From positions 4,956 through 68,955 of the forward strand of contig JAYORG010000003.1 of the NCBI GenBank assembly GCA_038123275.1: DNA of 64,000 bases, read 5' to 3'. The DNA comes from Rickettsiales bacterium (GTDB lineage Bacteria; Pseudomonadota; Alphaproteobacteria; Rickettsiales; UBA1997). Numbering within the stretch: the first letter of the stretch is position 1; each line of letters opens with the position of its first letter. A program made the position numbers and the translations under genes. The notes beneath the pieces are model-generated. The model searched no databases. It worked only from the letters and a program-made list of their open reading frames with translations, and had not been told where the DNA came from. Positions 1 through 10,177 of this stretch are shown here, piece after piece.

Positions 1-357
1 TTTTATAGAGGTAATTATTTTGATAATTATCAAAAAATTATTTACTTATTAACGAAGAAAGAAGGTGATTTGAATGTAATAAATTTTATTAATGATTTAT
101 TAAAAGAAGATAATGAATTGATGATTTTTGAAAGGTTAATTAATTTATTTCTAAGTAGACTCATAAGGAAATCAAAAAATAATTTAAAAGGTGAATTTTT
201 TGCTGGAGAAGAATTCTTGTTAAGTGAATATTTGCAGAGAAATAAAATTGATAATATTTTTAGGAAATATGATGAGATTAATAATATTTTCTTAAAAATT
301 AGCAGTTTAAATCTCGATAAAAAGCAAAGTTTAATAAATATTTTTAGTATTTTATGA
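1..357 (+). CDS. 3' end of a gene that starts upstream of the window; helical K/N/L-rich C-terminal domain, identity unknown
   Basis: Frame 1 has no stop from nt 1 to the TGA at 355-357, so the TTG listed at 70 is probably internal. The stop overlaps the anmK start (ATGA at 354-357). Confidence 0.4.
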   Translation, partial: FYRGNYFDNYQKIIYLLTKKEGDLNVINFINDLLKEDNELMIFERLINLFLSRLIRKSKNNLKGEFFAGEEFLLSEYLQRNKIDNIFRKYDEINNIFLKISSLNLDKKQSLINIFSIL

Positions 358-1472
358 AGGAAGATATAAAAGTTGCTATTGGCCTAATGAGTGGCACTTC
401 GATTGATGGAATTGATATTAGTTTAATTAAAAGTGATGGGCATAAAATTATTCAGGGTAGATTAAATGGTTATTACCCCTACTCTAGCGAAGATAAAAAG
501 ATTTTAAGAGCATTAATTAATAGTAAGATAAGATCTTTAGAAGAGATAAAAGATGCTGAGTTATTGGTTACCAAAAGACATATTGAGGTTGTTGGTGATT
601 TTATAAAAAAGAATAAATTAAAAATAAAAGATATTGATGTAATTGGTTTTCATGGTCATACAATTAAGCATGATCCAGAAAAATCTATTACTTGGCAAAT
701 TGGAGAGGGTCAAATGCTTGCCTCAAGTGTTGGGATTGATGTAGTATCTGACTTTAGAAAAAGAGATGTTATAAGTGGTGGTCAAGGGGCTCCTCTGGTT
801 CCTATTTATCACCATGCAATTTTTAAAAATCATCAAAAACCAGTAATTATTTTAAACATTGGGGGTGTGTCTAATATTACTTATCTAGAAGACGATAAAA
901 AAGAAAATATAGTGGCTTGTGATATTTGTTTTGGCAATGCTCCTATGGATGATTTGGTTCATCAATATAGAGGTCAAGATTATGACCATAATGGTGACAT
1001 TGCTAAAAATGGTGAGATAAATTATGAATTGGCAAAAACAATATTAATGCAAGACTATTTTAAGAAAGATCCTCCAAAGTCATTAGATAGAAATCATTTT
1101 AGCCAACTATTAAACCAGGAATTATTAACTCATTTTAATGATATTAAACTAGAGGATATTTTAAAGACTATTTGTTATATTATAGCTAAAAGTTTAAAAG
1201 ATATAATCAATAGCTTAAGTCAGCCAACTAGAGAAGTCATTGTTTGTGGAGGTGGAAGGCATAATGTTGCAATTATGCAAACCTTGCACGATATATGTAA
1301 TATTAAAGTTACTGATATTGATGATTGTGGCTTTGATGGTAGCGCAATTGAGGCTCAGGCATTTGCTTTTTTGGCAATTAGAAATTTAAAAAATTTACCT
1401 ATTACTTTTAGTAAAACTACAGGGATTAAGTCAGTGGTAGAATCTGTCGGAGGTGTTTTGCATAAAGCTTAA
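354..1472 (+). CDS. anmK: anhydro-N-acetylmuramic acid kinase
   Basis: N-terminal GLMSGTSIDGIDISL motif, GGQGAPLVP motif, ~370 aa length and C-terminal CGGGRHN are all typical of AnmK. Confidence 0.9.
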   Translation: MKEDIKVAIGLMSGTSIDGIDISLIKSDGHKIIQGRLNGYYPYSSEDKKILRALINSKIRSLEEIKDAELLVTKRHIEVVGDFIKKNKLKIKDIDVIGFHGHTIKHDPEKSITWQIGEGQMLASSVGIDVVSDFRKRDVISGGQGAPLVPIYHHAIFKNHQKPVIILNIGGVSNITYLEDDKKENIVACDICFGNAPMDDLVHQYRGQDYDHNGDIAKNGEINYELAKTILMQDYFKKDPPKSLDRNHFSQLLNQELLTHFNDIKLEDILKTICYIIAKSLKDIINSLSQPTREVIVCGGGRHNVAIMQTLHDICNIKVTDIDDCGFDGSAIEAQAFAFLAIRNLKNLPITFSKTTGIKSVVESVGGVLHKA

Positions 1473-1484
1473 TTATAGGTAGCA

Positions 1485-1501
1485 TTATAACTGGGTTATA
1501 A
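1485..1501. terminator. weak AT-rich hairpin between convergent anmK and hydrolase genes (possible bidirectional terminator)
   Basis: ttataac-tgg-gttataa forms a 7-bp perfect inverted repeat with a 3-nt loop in the 42-nt convergent spacer. The stem is almost all A/T. Confidence 0.25.
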
Positions 1502-1514
1502 CGTTTCTTAAAAT

Positions 1515-2273
1515 TTAAAAAGAAGAAAGTGGTTTTATTGGAGAAACGTAGCGCTCTGACTTTGGAGGAAGAGCATTTTTCTTTTTTCGTCTTCTTCTTC
1601 GATCACGTTTAACCTTTCTAACTTTTCCAGAGTCTTGGATTACTTTTTCTTTGATGTATTCATCGATGTTTGAGTTAAATTTATCCATATGCTCCCTGAA
1701 GAAGTGGCTAGCTTCTGGTATTACTTCGTAATCTATTTCTGCTTCGTCTCTTAAGGATAGCTTTTCAACCAATTTTGCTGTATCTGATTCTTGAGATATG
1801 TCATCTTTATCTCCTTGAATTATTAATCCAGAAGCTGGGCAAGGTACAGTAAAGTTAAAGTCATACTTTGAAGCTGGTGGAGCTGCTAAGATATAATTTT
1901 CAATGTCTGGTCTTCTCATCACTAATTGCAGTCCGATCCAAGCTCCAAAAGAGAATCCTGCAACCCAAAAAGTATGGGCATCCATATTTTGATTATGAAG
2001 CCAATTTAAAGCAACAGTAGCATCTTGTAATTCCCCTACCCCATCATCAAATTTGCCTTGTGATCTGCCAACACCTCTAAAATTAAAGCGCAGCACCGAG
2101 AAGCCATTATTAACAAAATTTCTATACATATTGTATACAACTTTATTGTTCATGGTTCCGCCATATAGCGGTTGAGGATGTAATATTAATGCAACAGGCG
2201 CTTTGGGGCTAGAACTTTGGTGATATCTACCCTCTATTCTACCTGCAGGACCGTTGATTATTACTTCTGGCAT
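1515..2273 (-). CDS. alpha/beta-fold hydrolase (COG2945-like) with a poly-basic C-terminal tail
   Basis: Motifs LILHPQPLYGGTMNNKVV, LRFNFRGVGRSQG and the nucleophile-elbow-like GFSFG. The C-terminal tail reads RKVKRDRRRRRKKK. Confidence 0.75.
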   Translation of the reverse strand: MPEVIINGPAGRIEGRYHQSSSPKAPVALILHPQPLYGGTMNNKVVYNMYRNFVNNGFSVLRFNFRGVGRSQGKFDDGVGELQDATVALNWLHNQNMDAHTFWVAGFSFGAWIGLQLVMRRPDIENYILAAPPASKYDFNFTVPCPASGLIIQGDKDDISQESDTAKLVEKLSLRDEAEIDYEVIPEASHFFREHMDKFNSNIDEYIKEKVIQDSGKVRKVKRDRRRRRKKKNALPPKSERYVSPIKPLSSF

Positions 2274-2310
2274 CTTATTAGCTTTTTATTTTGACTTAAA
2301 GATATATTGT

Positions 2311-2505
2311 CTAGAATTCAGCCCAAGGAACTGGTTTGCCACTTTCATCACAAACTATATTAGTGCTACCAGCATATTTTGCTGCAACATATTTGCCATG
2401 ACCGCTATGAATTCCATAATAAAGAATTGGTTCTAACTCTTTGCCGTCATGCTTTTTCTTTTCAGATGCTTTTGCTCTGTTTTTAGGGTTATTCTTTGTT
2501 CCCAT
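2311..2505 (-). CDS. small conserved-looking hypothetical protein (64 aa)
   Basis: Protein-like composition with a basic N-terminus and a globular C-terminus. It sits 37 nt upstream of the hydrolase on the same strand. I recognised no family. Confidence 0.4.
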   Translation of the reverse strand: MGTKNNPKNRAKASEKKKHDGKELEPILYYGIHSGHGKYVAAKYAGSTNIVCDESGKPVPWAEF

Positions 2506-2708
2506 GTTATAAATTCATTTTATTATTAACTATTTTCCTAGAAAAGGAGCGGTAATACTAGGTATTTTTATTAATAAATCAAGAAATATCTTTATGCTTG
2601 TTATAAAAAGCACATTAAATTTTAGTTGTGCAAAGGTCTTTAAAAAAGTAAATTAAAAAATAATATCTCTTAGCAATGTCAGTACTAGCTATAAATATAA
2701 AGTTTAAT

Positions 2709-3800
2709 TTATAAATTAGGAACTATATTGGAAGGTAGGAATATATAATAGCTTCCAAAGTTATTCATTTTAGAGGCTATTTTTTCATATTTTTGTCCAC
2801 TTCCAAAGAAAATATCTCCTCTAACAGGACCTTTTATTGCACTTCCTGTGTCTTGGGTTATTAGTAATTTATTATAAATATGTCTCTTTGATTTTGATTT
2901 AACTTCTAGCCAAATGGGATAACCATATGGCAAGATATTTTTGTCAATTGCCAAGGATCTTTCTGCTTTTAAAGGAACTCCTTGAGCGCCAATAACTTTA
3001 TTATCAAGAGAGGTTTTAAAAAAGATATATGACTCATTTAAGTTCATAATTTTTTGAGCTTTAATAGGATTATTTCTAAGCCAGGATTTTATTGAGTCAT
3101 AAGAGTAGTCACCATTCTTAATAACATTATTGGCAATCATATATTGGCCAATAGATTTATAAGGGTAATTATTTTTACCATTATATGATAATTTTACTAT
3201 GCTGCCATTTCTTAATTTTATTTTACCTGTTCCTTGGATATGCATAAAAAACAAGTTTACTTTGTCTTTAACATATAATAGTTCTAGGTTTTTATTTTTT
3301 AAGGCGCCATTTTCAATTTGTTTTCGGCTATATTTTTGATAATTATATGGTTTTGTATAAATTGGATATTGATATTTGTTAGTTTTTGTTAAACTTCCTT
3401 CTAATACTGGTTCAAAATATCCAGTAAATTTTCCGATATTGTTACCACTTCTGCTTGACACTTCAAAAGGCACAAACCAATTTTCAAAGAAATTTTTTAT
3501 TTGCCTAGAGTTTGTATGTTTTATTAAATTTCCAATGTGACATACATCGTTAAAGTCAGAAACTTTAATATTGCCAATTTTATTACCAATATTCTCATAT
3601 CCTTTCATTTTATTAAATCTTTTGCAGGAATTAAGGAATGATATTAAAGCCGCTTTGTGATTATCTTGTGACCAATTCCTTAGTTGTGAATATTCTACTC
3701 TTTTTAATGTTAAATTACCTTTCCCTTTTATGACATTATTTGTTGAGTAAGAACAAGAAGAGATAACAATAAATAAAATAAAATGTTTAATTAATTTCAT
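2709..3800 (-). CDS. mltA: membrane-bound lytic murein transglycosylase A (lipoprotein)
   Basis: Signal/lipobox-like N-terminus (VISSCSY), GYFEPVLEGS, and the C-terminal 3D-domain motif QDTGSAIKGPVRGDIFFGSG. Confidence 0.8.
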   Translation of the reverse strand: MKLIKHFILFIVISSCSYSTNNVIKGKGNLTLKRVEYSQLRNWSQDNHKAALISFLNSCKRFNKMKGYENIGNKIGNIKVSDFNDVCHIGNLIKHTNSRQIKNFFENWFVPFEVSSRSGNNIGKFTGYFEPVLEGSLTKTNKYQYPIYTKPYNYQKYSRKQIENGALKNKNLELLYVKDKVNLFFMHIQGTGKIKLRNGSIVKLSYNGKNNYPYKSIGQYMIANNVIKNGDYSYDSIKSWLRNNPIKAQKIMNLNESYIFFKTSLDNKVIGAQGVPLKAERSLAIDKNILPYGYPIWLEVKSKSKRHIYNKLLITQDTGSAIKGPVRGDIFFGSGQKYEKIASKMNNFGSYYIFLPSNIVPNL

Positions 3801-4293
3801 TATTTTTTATTTGTTCAATTAATATAAGAATAGCATTTTTTACTGATAAACTTCTAATTTCTTCTCTGTTTCCCTTAAATTCAAACTTTCTACTAAGTAA
3901 TTTATTATTGTTCTTATTAAAAGAAGAAATGAAAACTAATCCAACTTTTTTTGTACTTTTATCACTATTTGGTCCAGCTATACCAGTTATTGAAACGGTT
4001 AAATTAGCGTTAGATTTAGTCATGCTAATGGCCATAGCATTAGCAACTTCCTCACTTACTGCTCCAAATTTTTCTAATAATTCATTTGTTATGCCAAGGA
4101 GTTTATTTTTTGATTCATTAGAATAGGTAACTAGGCCACAATCAAAAACTTGTGAGGACCCAGAAATTGAAGTTATTAAAGATGCAGTTAGTCCTCCTGT
4201 GCATGACTCTATAGTGGAGATTTTAAGGTTTTTTCTTAGTGATAAGTTAATTAACTCTTTTGCTAAAATTAATAATTCTTCACTAAAGATCAT
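3787..4293 (-). CDS. CinA C-terminal domain protein / nicotinamide-nucleotide amidohydrolase (PncC-like)
   Basis: Motifs ESCTGGLTASLITSISGSS and SITGIAGP; ~165 aa stand-alone CinA_C architecture. Confidence 0.85.
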   Translation of the reverse strand: MIFSEELLILAKELINLSLRKNLKISTIESCTGGLTASLITSISGSSQVFDCGLVTYSNESKNKLLGITNELLEKFGAVSEEVANAMAISMTKSNANLTVSITGIAGPNSDKSTKKVGLVFISSFNKNNNKLLSRKFEFKGNREEIRSLSVKNAILILIEQIKNNEIN

Positions 4294-4304
4294 TTTATTA
4301 TATT

Positions 4305-4901
4305 TTAAAAGTTGCTACGAGATTTTAAAGCAATATCTAAGGTTCCTTCATCTAAATAATCTAACTCTCCACCAATTGGTATTCCATGAGCTAATTTAGA
4401 TATTTTTAAATTAAAATCCTTTAAAATCTCAAGTAAATAGTAAGTAGTAGTTTGCCCATCAATTGTTGGGTTTGTGGCTATAATTATTTCTTTAATTTTA
4501 TCATTATTTTTAATATTTAATAATAAAGAATTAATATTTAGATCATCTGGTCCTATGCCAGACATTGCTGAAAGAGTTCCTCCTAAGACATGATATTTTC
4601 CATTAAAAATTTGAGCTTTTTCAATCGCCCATAAATCAGAGACTTCTTCAACTAGGCAAATAATACTGTTATCCCTTTTGGAATCAGAGCATATCGCGCA
4701 AATTTGAGTGACATCAAGATTACCACAAGATTGGCAATTTTTAATATTTTGAATCACTAAATTTATTGACTCCATTAGTGGAATCATCACATTTTCTTTA
4801 TTATTAATAAGATAAAGAGCCATTCTTCTTGCTGACCTAGGGCCAAGGGAGGGAAGTTTTGAAAGAATTTTAATTAAATTATTAAGATCGTTTTCTTTCA
4901 T
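4305..4901 (-). CDS. recR: recombination protein RecR
   Basis: LPSLGPRSARRMALYL helix-hairpin-helix, C4 zinc finger CQSCGN...CAIC, and a Toprim region; 198 aa. Confidence 0.95.
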   Translation of the reverse strand: MKENDLNNLIKILSKLPSLGPRSARRMALYLINNKENVMIPLMESINLVIQNIKNCQSCGNLDVTQICAICSDSKRDNSIICLVEEVSDLWAIEKAQIFNGKYHVLGGTLSAMSGIGPDDLNINSLLLNIKNNDKIKEIIIATNPTIDGQTTTYYLLEILKDFNLKISKLAHGIPIGGELDYLDEGTLDIALKSRSNF

Positions 4902-4928
4902 TTATTAAATTAATTAGATAGATTCATA

Positions 4929-6695
4929 TTATTTTGCCTCTTCTTCAATTTCAAATTGCTTATGATATAAGTTAGCATAGGCACCATTTTTCTTTAATAA
5001 AGCTTTATGAGTTCCAGATTCAACAATTTTACCATTATTAACTACGCAAATCTTATCTGCATGCATGACAGTAGAAAGGCGATGTGCAATTACTATTGTA
5101 GTTCTTCCTTTCATTAATTTTTTTAAGGCATTTTTAACTAAATTTTCTGAAATTGGATCTAGTGCAGAAGTAGCTTCATCAAGAAGTAAAATTGGAGCAT
5201 CATAAAGAATAGCTCTAGCAATGGCAATTCTCTGTCTTTGTCCGCCTGATAGCCTAATTCCATTTTGTCCAATTTGGGTATCGTAGCCATTGGCTAGTTC
5301 TTTAATAAATTCATCCGCTTCTGCCATTTTGGCAGCCTTAATAATTTGTTCTTTGGTAGCATTTTCTTTGCCATATCGAATATTTTCAATTATAGTATCG
5401 TCAAAAAGCATAACTTCTTGATTAACGACAGACATAGAATTGCGCAAAGATTTTAGTGTTACATTTTTAATATCTTCTCCATCAATTGAGATTGAGCCTT
5501 TTGTTGGATCATAAAATCTTAAAAGCATACTCATGATAGTAGATTTCCCACCGCCAGAATGACCAACTAAAGCTATCATCTTTCCTCCATCTATTTTTAG
5601 GTTTATTCCATTTAAAGCAGTTTTATCCTTGATATAGTTAAAATTAATGTTTTTAAAGACAATATTGCCTTTGACTTTTTTTAACTCCTTGGCATTACTT
5701 TTGTCAACAATTTGTGGCTTTTCATCAAGTAAGGTATAAAATCTTTGTGTAGATCCAAGGCCAAGTTGAATTCCTGAATTCATGCTAGAGACCGATTTTA
5801 ATGGTTTATAAGCCATCATCATAGCAGTAAAAAATGAGAAAAATGCACCAGGTGTAGTTTCTCCAGTTAGAACTTGATGTCCTCCGTACCAAATAACTAA
5901 AGCAACGCCAATTCCTCCTAACATTTCAACCATTGGTGACGCTATTATAGAAAGACGAGCAATTTTTTTTCCTAAGTTAAATATTCCATCTATTACAGTA
6001 GACATCCTTTTGGTTTCAAAATTCTCGCAATTATAAGATTTTACTAATTTAGAATATTGCAAAGTGTCATCCATTTGAGATATAAATCTTTGTCCAGCTC
6101 CTATATCAGAAAAAGAAAGCTTGCGTAGTCTCTTTCCGATTCTGTATATTGGATAGGCAGCTAATGGAAATCCTATAAAACCTACTATTGCTAATTCTAA
6201 ACTTTGATAAAACATTACCCCTATCAAAAAAATCAAAGTAAATAATTGTTTTACAAAGCCATTTATAGTTGTGTTAATCATTCCATTTATTCTATCTACT
6301 TCCATCATGATTTTAGCAATCATTTCTCCAGAAGAACTTTTATGTAATGTTGATATATCTGAATAAATAAAATGGCTATATAGCCTTTTCCTCATCGATG
6401 CTACTATTTTTAAACTTATTAGGTTCATGGTAAAAAGTTGAAAATAAGTAGCAAATCCTCTAATTACAGTTACTCCAAGAATAACTAAAGGTATAATTGC
6501 TAGCATGGTGACATTTTTATTAACAAAAATTTCATCAAGAGCTGGTTTTACCAAGTAAGCTTGGAACGCAGTTGTAATTGCAATAATTATCATCAAAAAT
6601 ATTGATATTAGAAGAGTTTTTTTGTGAGGAAGTATATATTCTTTGCTCAATCTTTTGGCTAGGTAGCCATTTTTTGAATAATCTATTTCTGTCAT
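4929..6695 (-). CDS. msbA: ABC exporter with fused permease and ATPase, MsbA-like lipid/glycolipid flippase
   Basis: N-terminal six-TM domain, Walker A GHSGGGKST, signature LSGGQRQR and Walker B LLLDEATSALD. It borders the glycan island. Confidence 0.7.
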   Translation of the reverse strand: MTEIDYSKNGYLAKRLSKEYILPHKKTLLISIFLMIIIAITTAFQAYLVKPALDEIFVNKNVTMLAIIPLVILGVTVIRGFATYFQLFTMNLISLKIVASMRKRLYSHFIYSDISTLHKSSSGEMIAKIMMEVDRINGMINTTINGFVKQLFTLIFLIGVMFYQSLELAIVGFIGFPLAAYPIYRIGKRLRKLSFSDIGAGQRFISQMDDTLQYSKLVKSYNCENFETKRMSTVIDGIFNLGKKIARLSIIASPMVEMLGGIGVALVIWYGGHQVLTGETTPGAFFSFFTAMMMAYKPLKSVSSMNSGIQLGLGSTQRFYTLLDEKPQIVDKSNAKELKKVKGNIVFKNINFNYIKDKTALNGINLKIDGGKMIALVGHSGGGKSTIMSMLLRFYDPTKGSISIDGEDIKNVTLKSLRNSMSVVNQEVMLFDDTIIENIRYGKENATKEQIIKAAKMAEADEFIKELANGYDTQIGQNGIRLSGGQRQRIAIARAILYDAPILLLDEATSALDPISENLVKNALKKLMKGRTTIVIAHRLSTVMHADKICVVNNGKIVESGTHKALLKKNGAYANLYHKQFEIEEEAK

Positions 6696-6792
6696 TTATG
6701 CTAGGTAGATAATTTTATTAATAAGAGGTGGATATTTTAGACGTAAGAAGTTAAATTAACAGAAAATAATTTTAAATTTAACTAAATTATAA

Positions 6793-7785
6793 ATGAAAAG
6801 AATATTAGTAACAGGTGGTTGTGGATTTATAGGAAGCGCTTTTATTTTAAGTCAAATTAATCAAGGTAATTTGGTTGTCAACTTAGATAAATTGACTTAT
6901 GCAGCAAATTTAAATAATTTAAAAGAGGTTAATAATAATAAAAATTATATTTTCCAGAAAGGTGATATTGGTGATGCTAAATTAGTTAAAGATTTATTAA
7001 ATAAATATAAAATTGATTGGTTAGTAAACTTTGCTGCAGAATCTCATGTTGATAATTCCATTAAGTCACCAGGAGAATTTATTAAAACCAACATAAATGG
7101 TGTTTTTAATTTATTAAATGAGTCTTTAAGTTATTGGAATAATTTAGATTCCAAAAAGAAAAATGATTTTAAATTTCTTCATGTTTCAACAGATGAAGTT
7201 TATGGTTCTTTGTCTTTAAATGAGCCTGCATTTACTGAAGATAATCGTTATCAACCAAACTCACCCTACTCTGCTTCAAAAGCAGCTTCAGATCATTTGG
7301 TTAGAGCTTGGAATGAAACTTATGGATTGCCAACTATCACTACAAACTGTTCTAACAATTTTGGACCAAGACAACATCAAGAAAAATTAATTCCAACTAT
7401 TATTAATAGTTGCATTAAAAATAAAGAAATTCCAATTTATGGCAATGGCACAAATATTAGAGATTGGATTTATGTCCAAGATCATACAGATGGCATTGAG
7501 TTAGCTCTAAAAAAAGGAAAAACAGGTGAAACTTATTGTTTTGGCGGTAGAGCTGAGAAGCAAAATATTGAAGTGGTAAATACAATTTGTGAAATATTAG
7601 ATGATACAAAGCCAAGATTGGATAAAAAATCTTATAAAGAACAAATTACTTTTGTAAAAGATCGCTTAGGGCATGATAAAAGATATGCAATTAATGATGA
7701 TAAAGCTAGAAGTGAACTTGGTTTTGTGACTAACAAGTCTTTTGAAGAAAGAATTAAAGAGACTGTTGAGTGGTATTTATTTTAA
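6793..7785 (+). CDS. rfbB: dTDP-glucose 4,6-dehydratase
   Basis: Motifs VTGGCGFIGS, FAAESHVDNSI, STDEVYG and YSASKAASDHLVRAW; 330 aa. Confidence 0.9.
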   Translation: MKRILVTGGCGFIGSAFILSQINQGNLVVNLDKLTYAANLNNLKEVNNNKNYIFQKGDIGDAKLVKDLLNKYKIDWLVNFAAESHVDNSIKSPGEFIKTNINGVFNLLNESLSYWNNLDSKKKNDFKFLHVSTDEVYGSLSLNEPAFTEDNRYQPNSPYSASKAASDHLVRAWNETYGLPTITTNCSNNFGPRQHQEKLIPTIINSCIKNKEIPIYGNGTNIRDWIYVQDHTDGIELALKKGKTGETYCFGGRAEKQNIEVVNTICEILDDTKPRLDKKSYKEQITFVKDRLGHDKRYAINDDKARSELGFVTNKSFEERIKETVEWYLF

Positions 7786-7804
7786 GAGTTAAAGGTGGAT
7801 CTTA

Positions 7805-8350
7805 TTAAGACTTATTTACGTATTCTTTAAAACTTTGTAATTTTTGATCTTTATCAGAAATTATAGGGTTTTTGATTGGCCAGTTAATATTTAAATCTGG
7901 ATCATTATAAGCAATTCCACCCTCTCCTTCTTTTGAGTATAAAGCATCAACTTTATAGATTACATCGGCGGATGTATTGCCAATAACACAAAACCCATGG
8001 GCAAAGCCAGCTGGAATATAGAGTAATTTGGCATTATCACTAGAAAGTTCAATACTAAAATGTTTTCCAAAAGTTGAAGAATTTTTTCTTATATCAACTG
8101 CTATATCTAGTATTTTTCCACTGGTACATCCAACTAATTTTGCTTGATTAGGGTTATTTTGATAATGTAAACCTCTAATTACATTAGGCATGGATCTTGA
8201 AAAGTTATCTTGAATATAATCAATGGGTAAGTTTAATTCTTGAAATTTCTTTTTATTATATCTTTCAACAAAGAAGCCGCGATCATCTTTATATATGTCT
8301 AATTCTATTATTTTTAGACCTTTAATTGGGGCTTCGATTACTTTAACCAT
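7805..8350 (-). CDS. rfbC: dTDP-4-dehydrorhamnose 3,5-epimerase
   Basis: Motifs DDRGFFVE, VIRGLHYQ and PAGFAHGF; 181 aa cupin. Confidence 0.9.
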   Translation of the reverse strand: MVKVIEAPIKGLKIIELDIYKDDRGFFVERYNKKKFQELNLPIDYIQDNFSRSMPNVIRGLHYQNNPNQAKLVGCTSGKILDIAVDIRKNSSTFGKHFSIELSSDNAKLLYIPAGFAHGFCVIGNTSADVIYKVDALYSKEGEGGIAYNDPDLNINWPIKNPIISDKDQKLQSFKEYVNKS

Positions 8351-9446
8351 GATTAATTATAGATTTAATAATTTTATAAGATGATTTTCCATCTCCATAT
8401 GGATTTTTTATATTATGTTTTGCTATGTTATTTACTATAATTTTTTTAGATTCCTTAATTATTAAATCTTTATTGGTTCCCACTAATTTAGCAACTTTTG
8501 ATTCAATTCCTTCTTGGCGTTCAGTCTCATTCCTCATAACTAATAAAGGAGTTCCAAACGTTGGTGCCTCTTCTTGTATCCCTCCTGAATCAGTTAATAT
8601 TAGAGATGCTTTTGCAATAATGTTTACCATTGGTTGGTAATCTAGAGGTTCTATAAGGCTAATGTTATTTATATTGGATAATATTTCATTAACAGGTTTT
8701 CTAACATTAGGGTTTAAGTGTACTGGAAAAACAAAATGTATATCACTATATGTTAGTGCTAATTCTTTAATTGCTTCAAGTATATTTTTAAATTCAATTC
8801 CAAAGCTTTCTCTTCTGTGTGCAGTTACTAGGATTAGTTTTTTATCTTGTGGTATTGTGGATAATTTTGACTTGTTCCAATTAAAAGGTAATTTTTCAAT
8901 AATTTTTAGAGCATCAATGACGGTATTACCAACTACTAATATTTTTTCTTTATCTACTTTTTCTATGAGTAAGTTAGCTTTATTTCTTATTGTTGGGGCA
9001 AATAGTAAATCTGCTGTTATGTCAGCTATTCTTCGGTTTAATTCTTCTGGGTATGGATGATATAAATCTCCAGTTCTGAGTCCAGCTTCAATGTGAGCAA
9101 ATTTGATTTTGTGGTAATATGCAATTAAAGAAGAAACCATAACAGTCGTTGTGTCTCCTTGTGCTACAATCCATTCTGGTTGATATTTTGTTGTTATCTC
9201 ATCTAGTGATTTAAATAAATCTGCAGTTAAGGAGCTAAGGGTTTGATTTTCTTTCATTAAGTTTAGCTCTATATCTGGCTTAAGATTAAATAGATTTAAG
9301 ACTTGTTGTAGCATCTCTTTATGTTGGCCAGTGGAAACTATTATCGTTTCTATCTTGTCTTTATTTTTTAATGCCTCCATAATGACAGGTGCTACTTTTA
9401 TAGCTTCTGGCCTTGTTCCAATTATAAAAAATATTTTTTTCTTCAT
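8343..9446 (-). CDS. wecB: UDP-N-acetylglucosamine 2-epimerase
   Basis: Motifs IIGTRPEAIKVAPV, GDTTTV, HIEAGLRT and DSGGIQEEAP; 367 aa. Confidence 0.85.
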   Translation of the reverse strand: MKKKIFFIIGTRPEAIKVAPVIMEALKNKDKIETIIVSTGQHKEMLQQVLNLFNLKPDIELNLMKENQTLSSLTADLFKSLDEITTKYQPEWIVAQGDTTTVMVSSLIAYYHKIKFAHIEAGLRTGDLYHPYPEELNRRIADITADLLFAPTIRNKANLLIEKVDKEKILVVGNTVIDALKIIEKLPFNWNKSKLSTIPQDKKLILVTAHRRESFGIEFKNILEAIKELALTYSDIHFVFPVHLNPNVRKPVNEILSNINNISLIEPLDYQPMVNIIAKASLILTDSGGIQEEAPTFGTPLLVMRNETERQEGIESKVAKLVGTNKDLIIKESKKIIVNNIAKHNIKNPYGDGKSSYKIIKSIINHG

Positions 9447-9447
9447 A

Positions 9448-10176
9448 TTATTTAAACTTTAATCCAATTGAATCTATATTGTTGACCTTTAGGGCTAAAA
9501 CTTTTTTATCTTGTTTTATTACTCCATTCATTGCTGGACAAAGGAATAAATTATCATTATTGTTATATTCCTTAAAATTTTGCAAACTATCAGATACTGA
9601 GTTTAAAAATATACTTAAATTTTTAAAAAAATATACTCCCGCAGAGGCGTTGCCTTCTTTTTTACAGTTATCTTTATTGAAAATCCATCCTTTCTTTTCT
9701 TTTGTTTCTAAAACATAGTTATTTTTGATATCAGCATAGCTATAAGATAGATTATTAGATTTAAAATAAGGCAATATAGCACCAATATTATCATCTTTAA
9801 AGATTTTATCTATAGTTAGCTCTTCTTCAAAATCAAAAGCGATATCAATTAGGTCAACTATTATAGGGCTAGAAAAATCTTTTATTAATGAAGATGCAGC
9901 TAGAGAAGACATTAGAGCTCCTTTAGCATAGGATGATATTTTGACAATTTTACAATCAAGATATTTCTGTTTTAGATATTTCTCGCATTCATTGGATTCT
10001 TTTATATCTTTTAAAGTAAAGATAATATTCTTTGTTGGTATTTCATTATTTTTAATCCAACTTCTGGATTTAATGATTTTATCTATTAGAGTTGTTGAAC
10101 CTATTTTAAAAAGAGGCTTTATACCTAAATCTTTATTTATGAAGTCTGGTCCAGCTAGGGGAATTATTGTATACAT
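9448..10176 (-). CDS. GT-A-fold nucleotidyltransferase-like protein, function unknown
   Basis: The N-terminus IIPLAGPDF...KPLFKIG..TLIDKI resembles sugar-phosphate nucleotidyltransferases and the C-terminal domain of the 10518-11897 protein. Confidence 0.4.
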   Translation of the reverse strand: MYTIIPLAGPDFINKDLGIKPLFKIGSTTLIDKIIKSRSWIKNNEIPTKNIIFTLKDIKESNECEKYLKQKYLDCKIVKISSYAKGALMSSLAASSLIKDFSSPIIVDLIDIAFDFEEELTIDKIFKDDNIGAILPYFKSNNLSYSYADIKNNYVLETKEKKGWIFNKDNCKKEGNASAGVYFFKNLSIFLNSVSDSLQNFKEYNNNDNLFLCPAMNGVIKQDKKVLALKVNNIDSIGLKFK

Positions 10177-10177
10177 T

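Noticed and set aside
2254-2436. A 60-aa + strand ORF overlapping both the hydrolase start and the 64-aa minus-strand ORF.
   Set aside because: Its composition is hydrophobic and shadow-like. The minus-strand 64-aa ORF looks more protein-like and fits the co-directional operon layout.
2506-2708. A 203-nt non-coding gap, one of the largest in the window, inspected for a tRNA, riboswitch or small RNA.
   Set aside because: Only short 4-5 bp complementary segments (cctag/ctagg, tagc/gcta) are present. There is no cloverleaf or recognisable riboswitch core. It is probably just a promoter or terminator spacer.
8425-9060. ORFs of 71 and 132 aa on the + strand inside wecB. Similar antisense ORFs occur at 3908-4126, 9479-9718, 9941-10186, 10251-10538, 10696-10932, 11458-11682, 45266-45496, 46324-46572 and 63546-63833.
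   Set aside because: They lie antisense to genes with strong family motifs. Their F/L/I/S-rich composition is typical of shadow frames, they have no recognisable motifs, and there is no free space for them in this compact genome.
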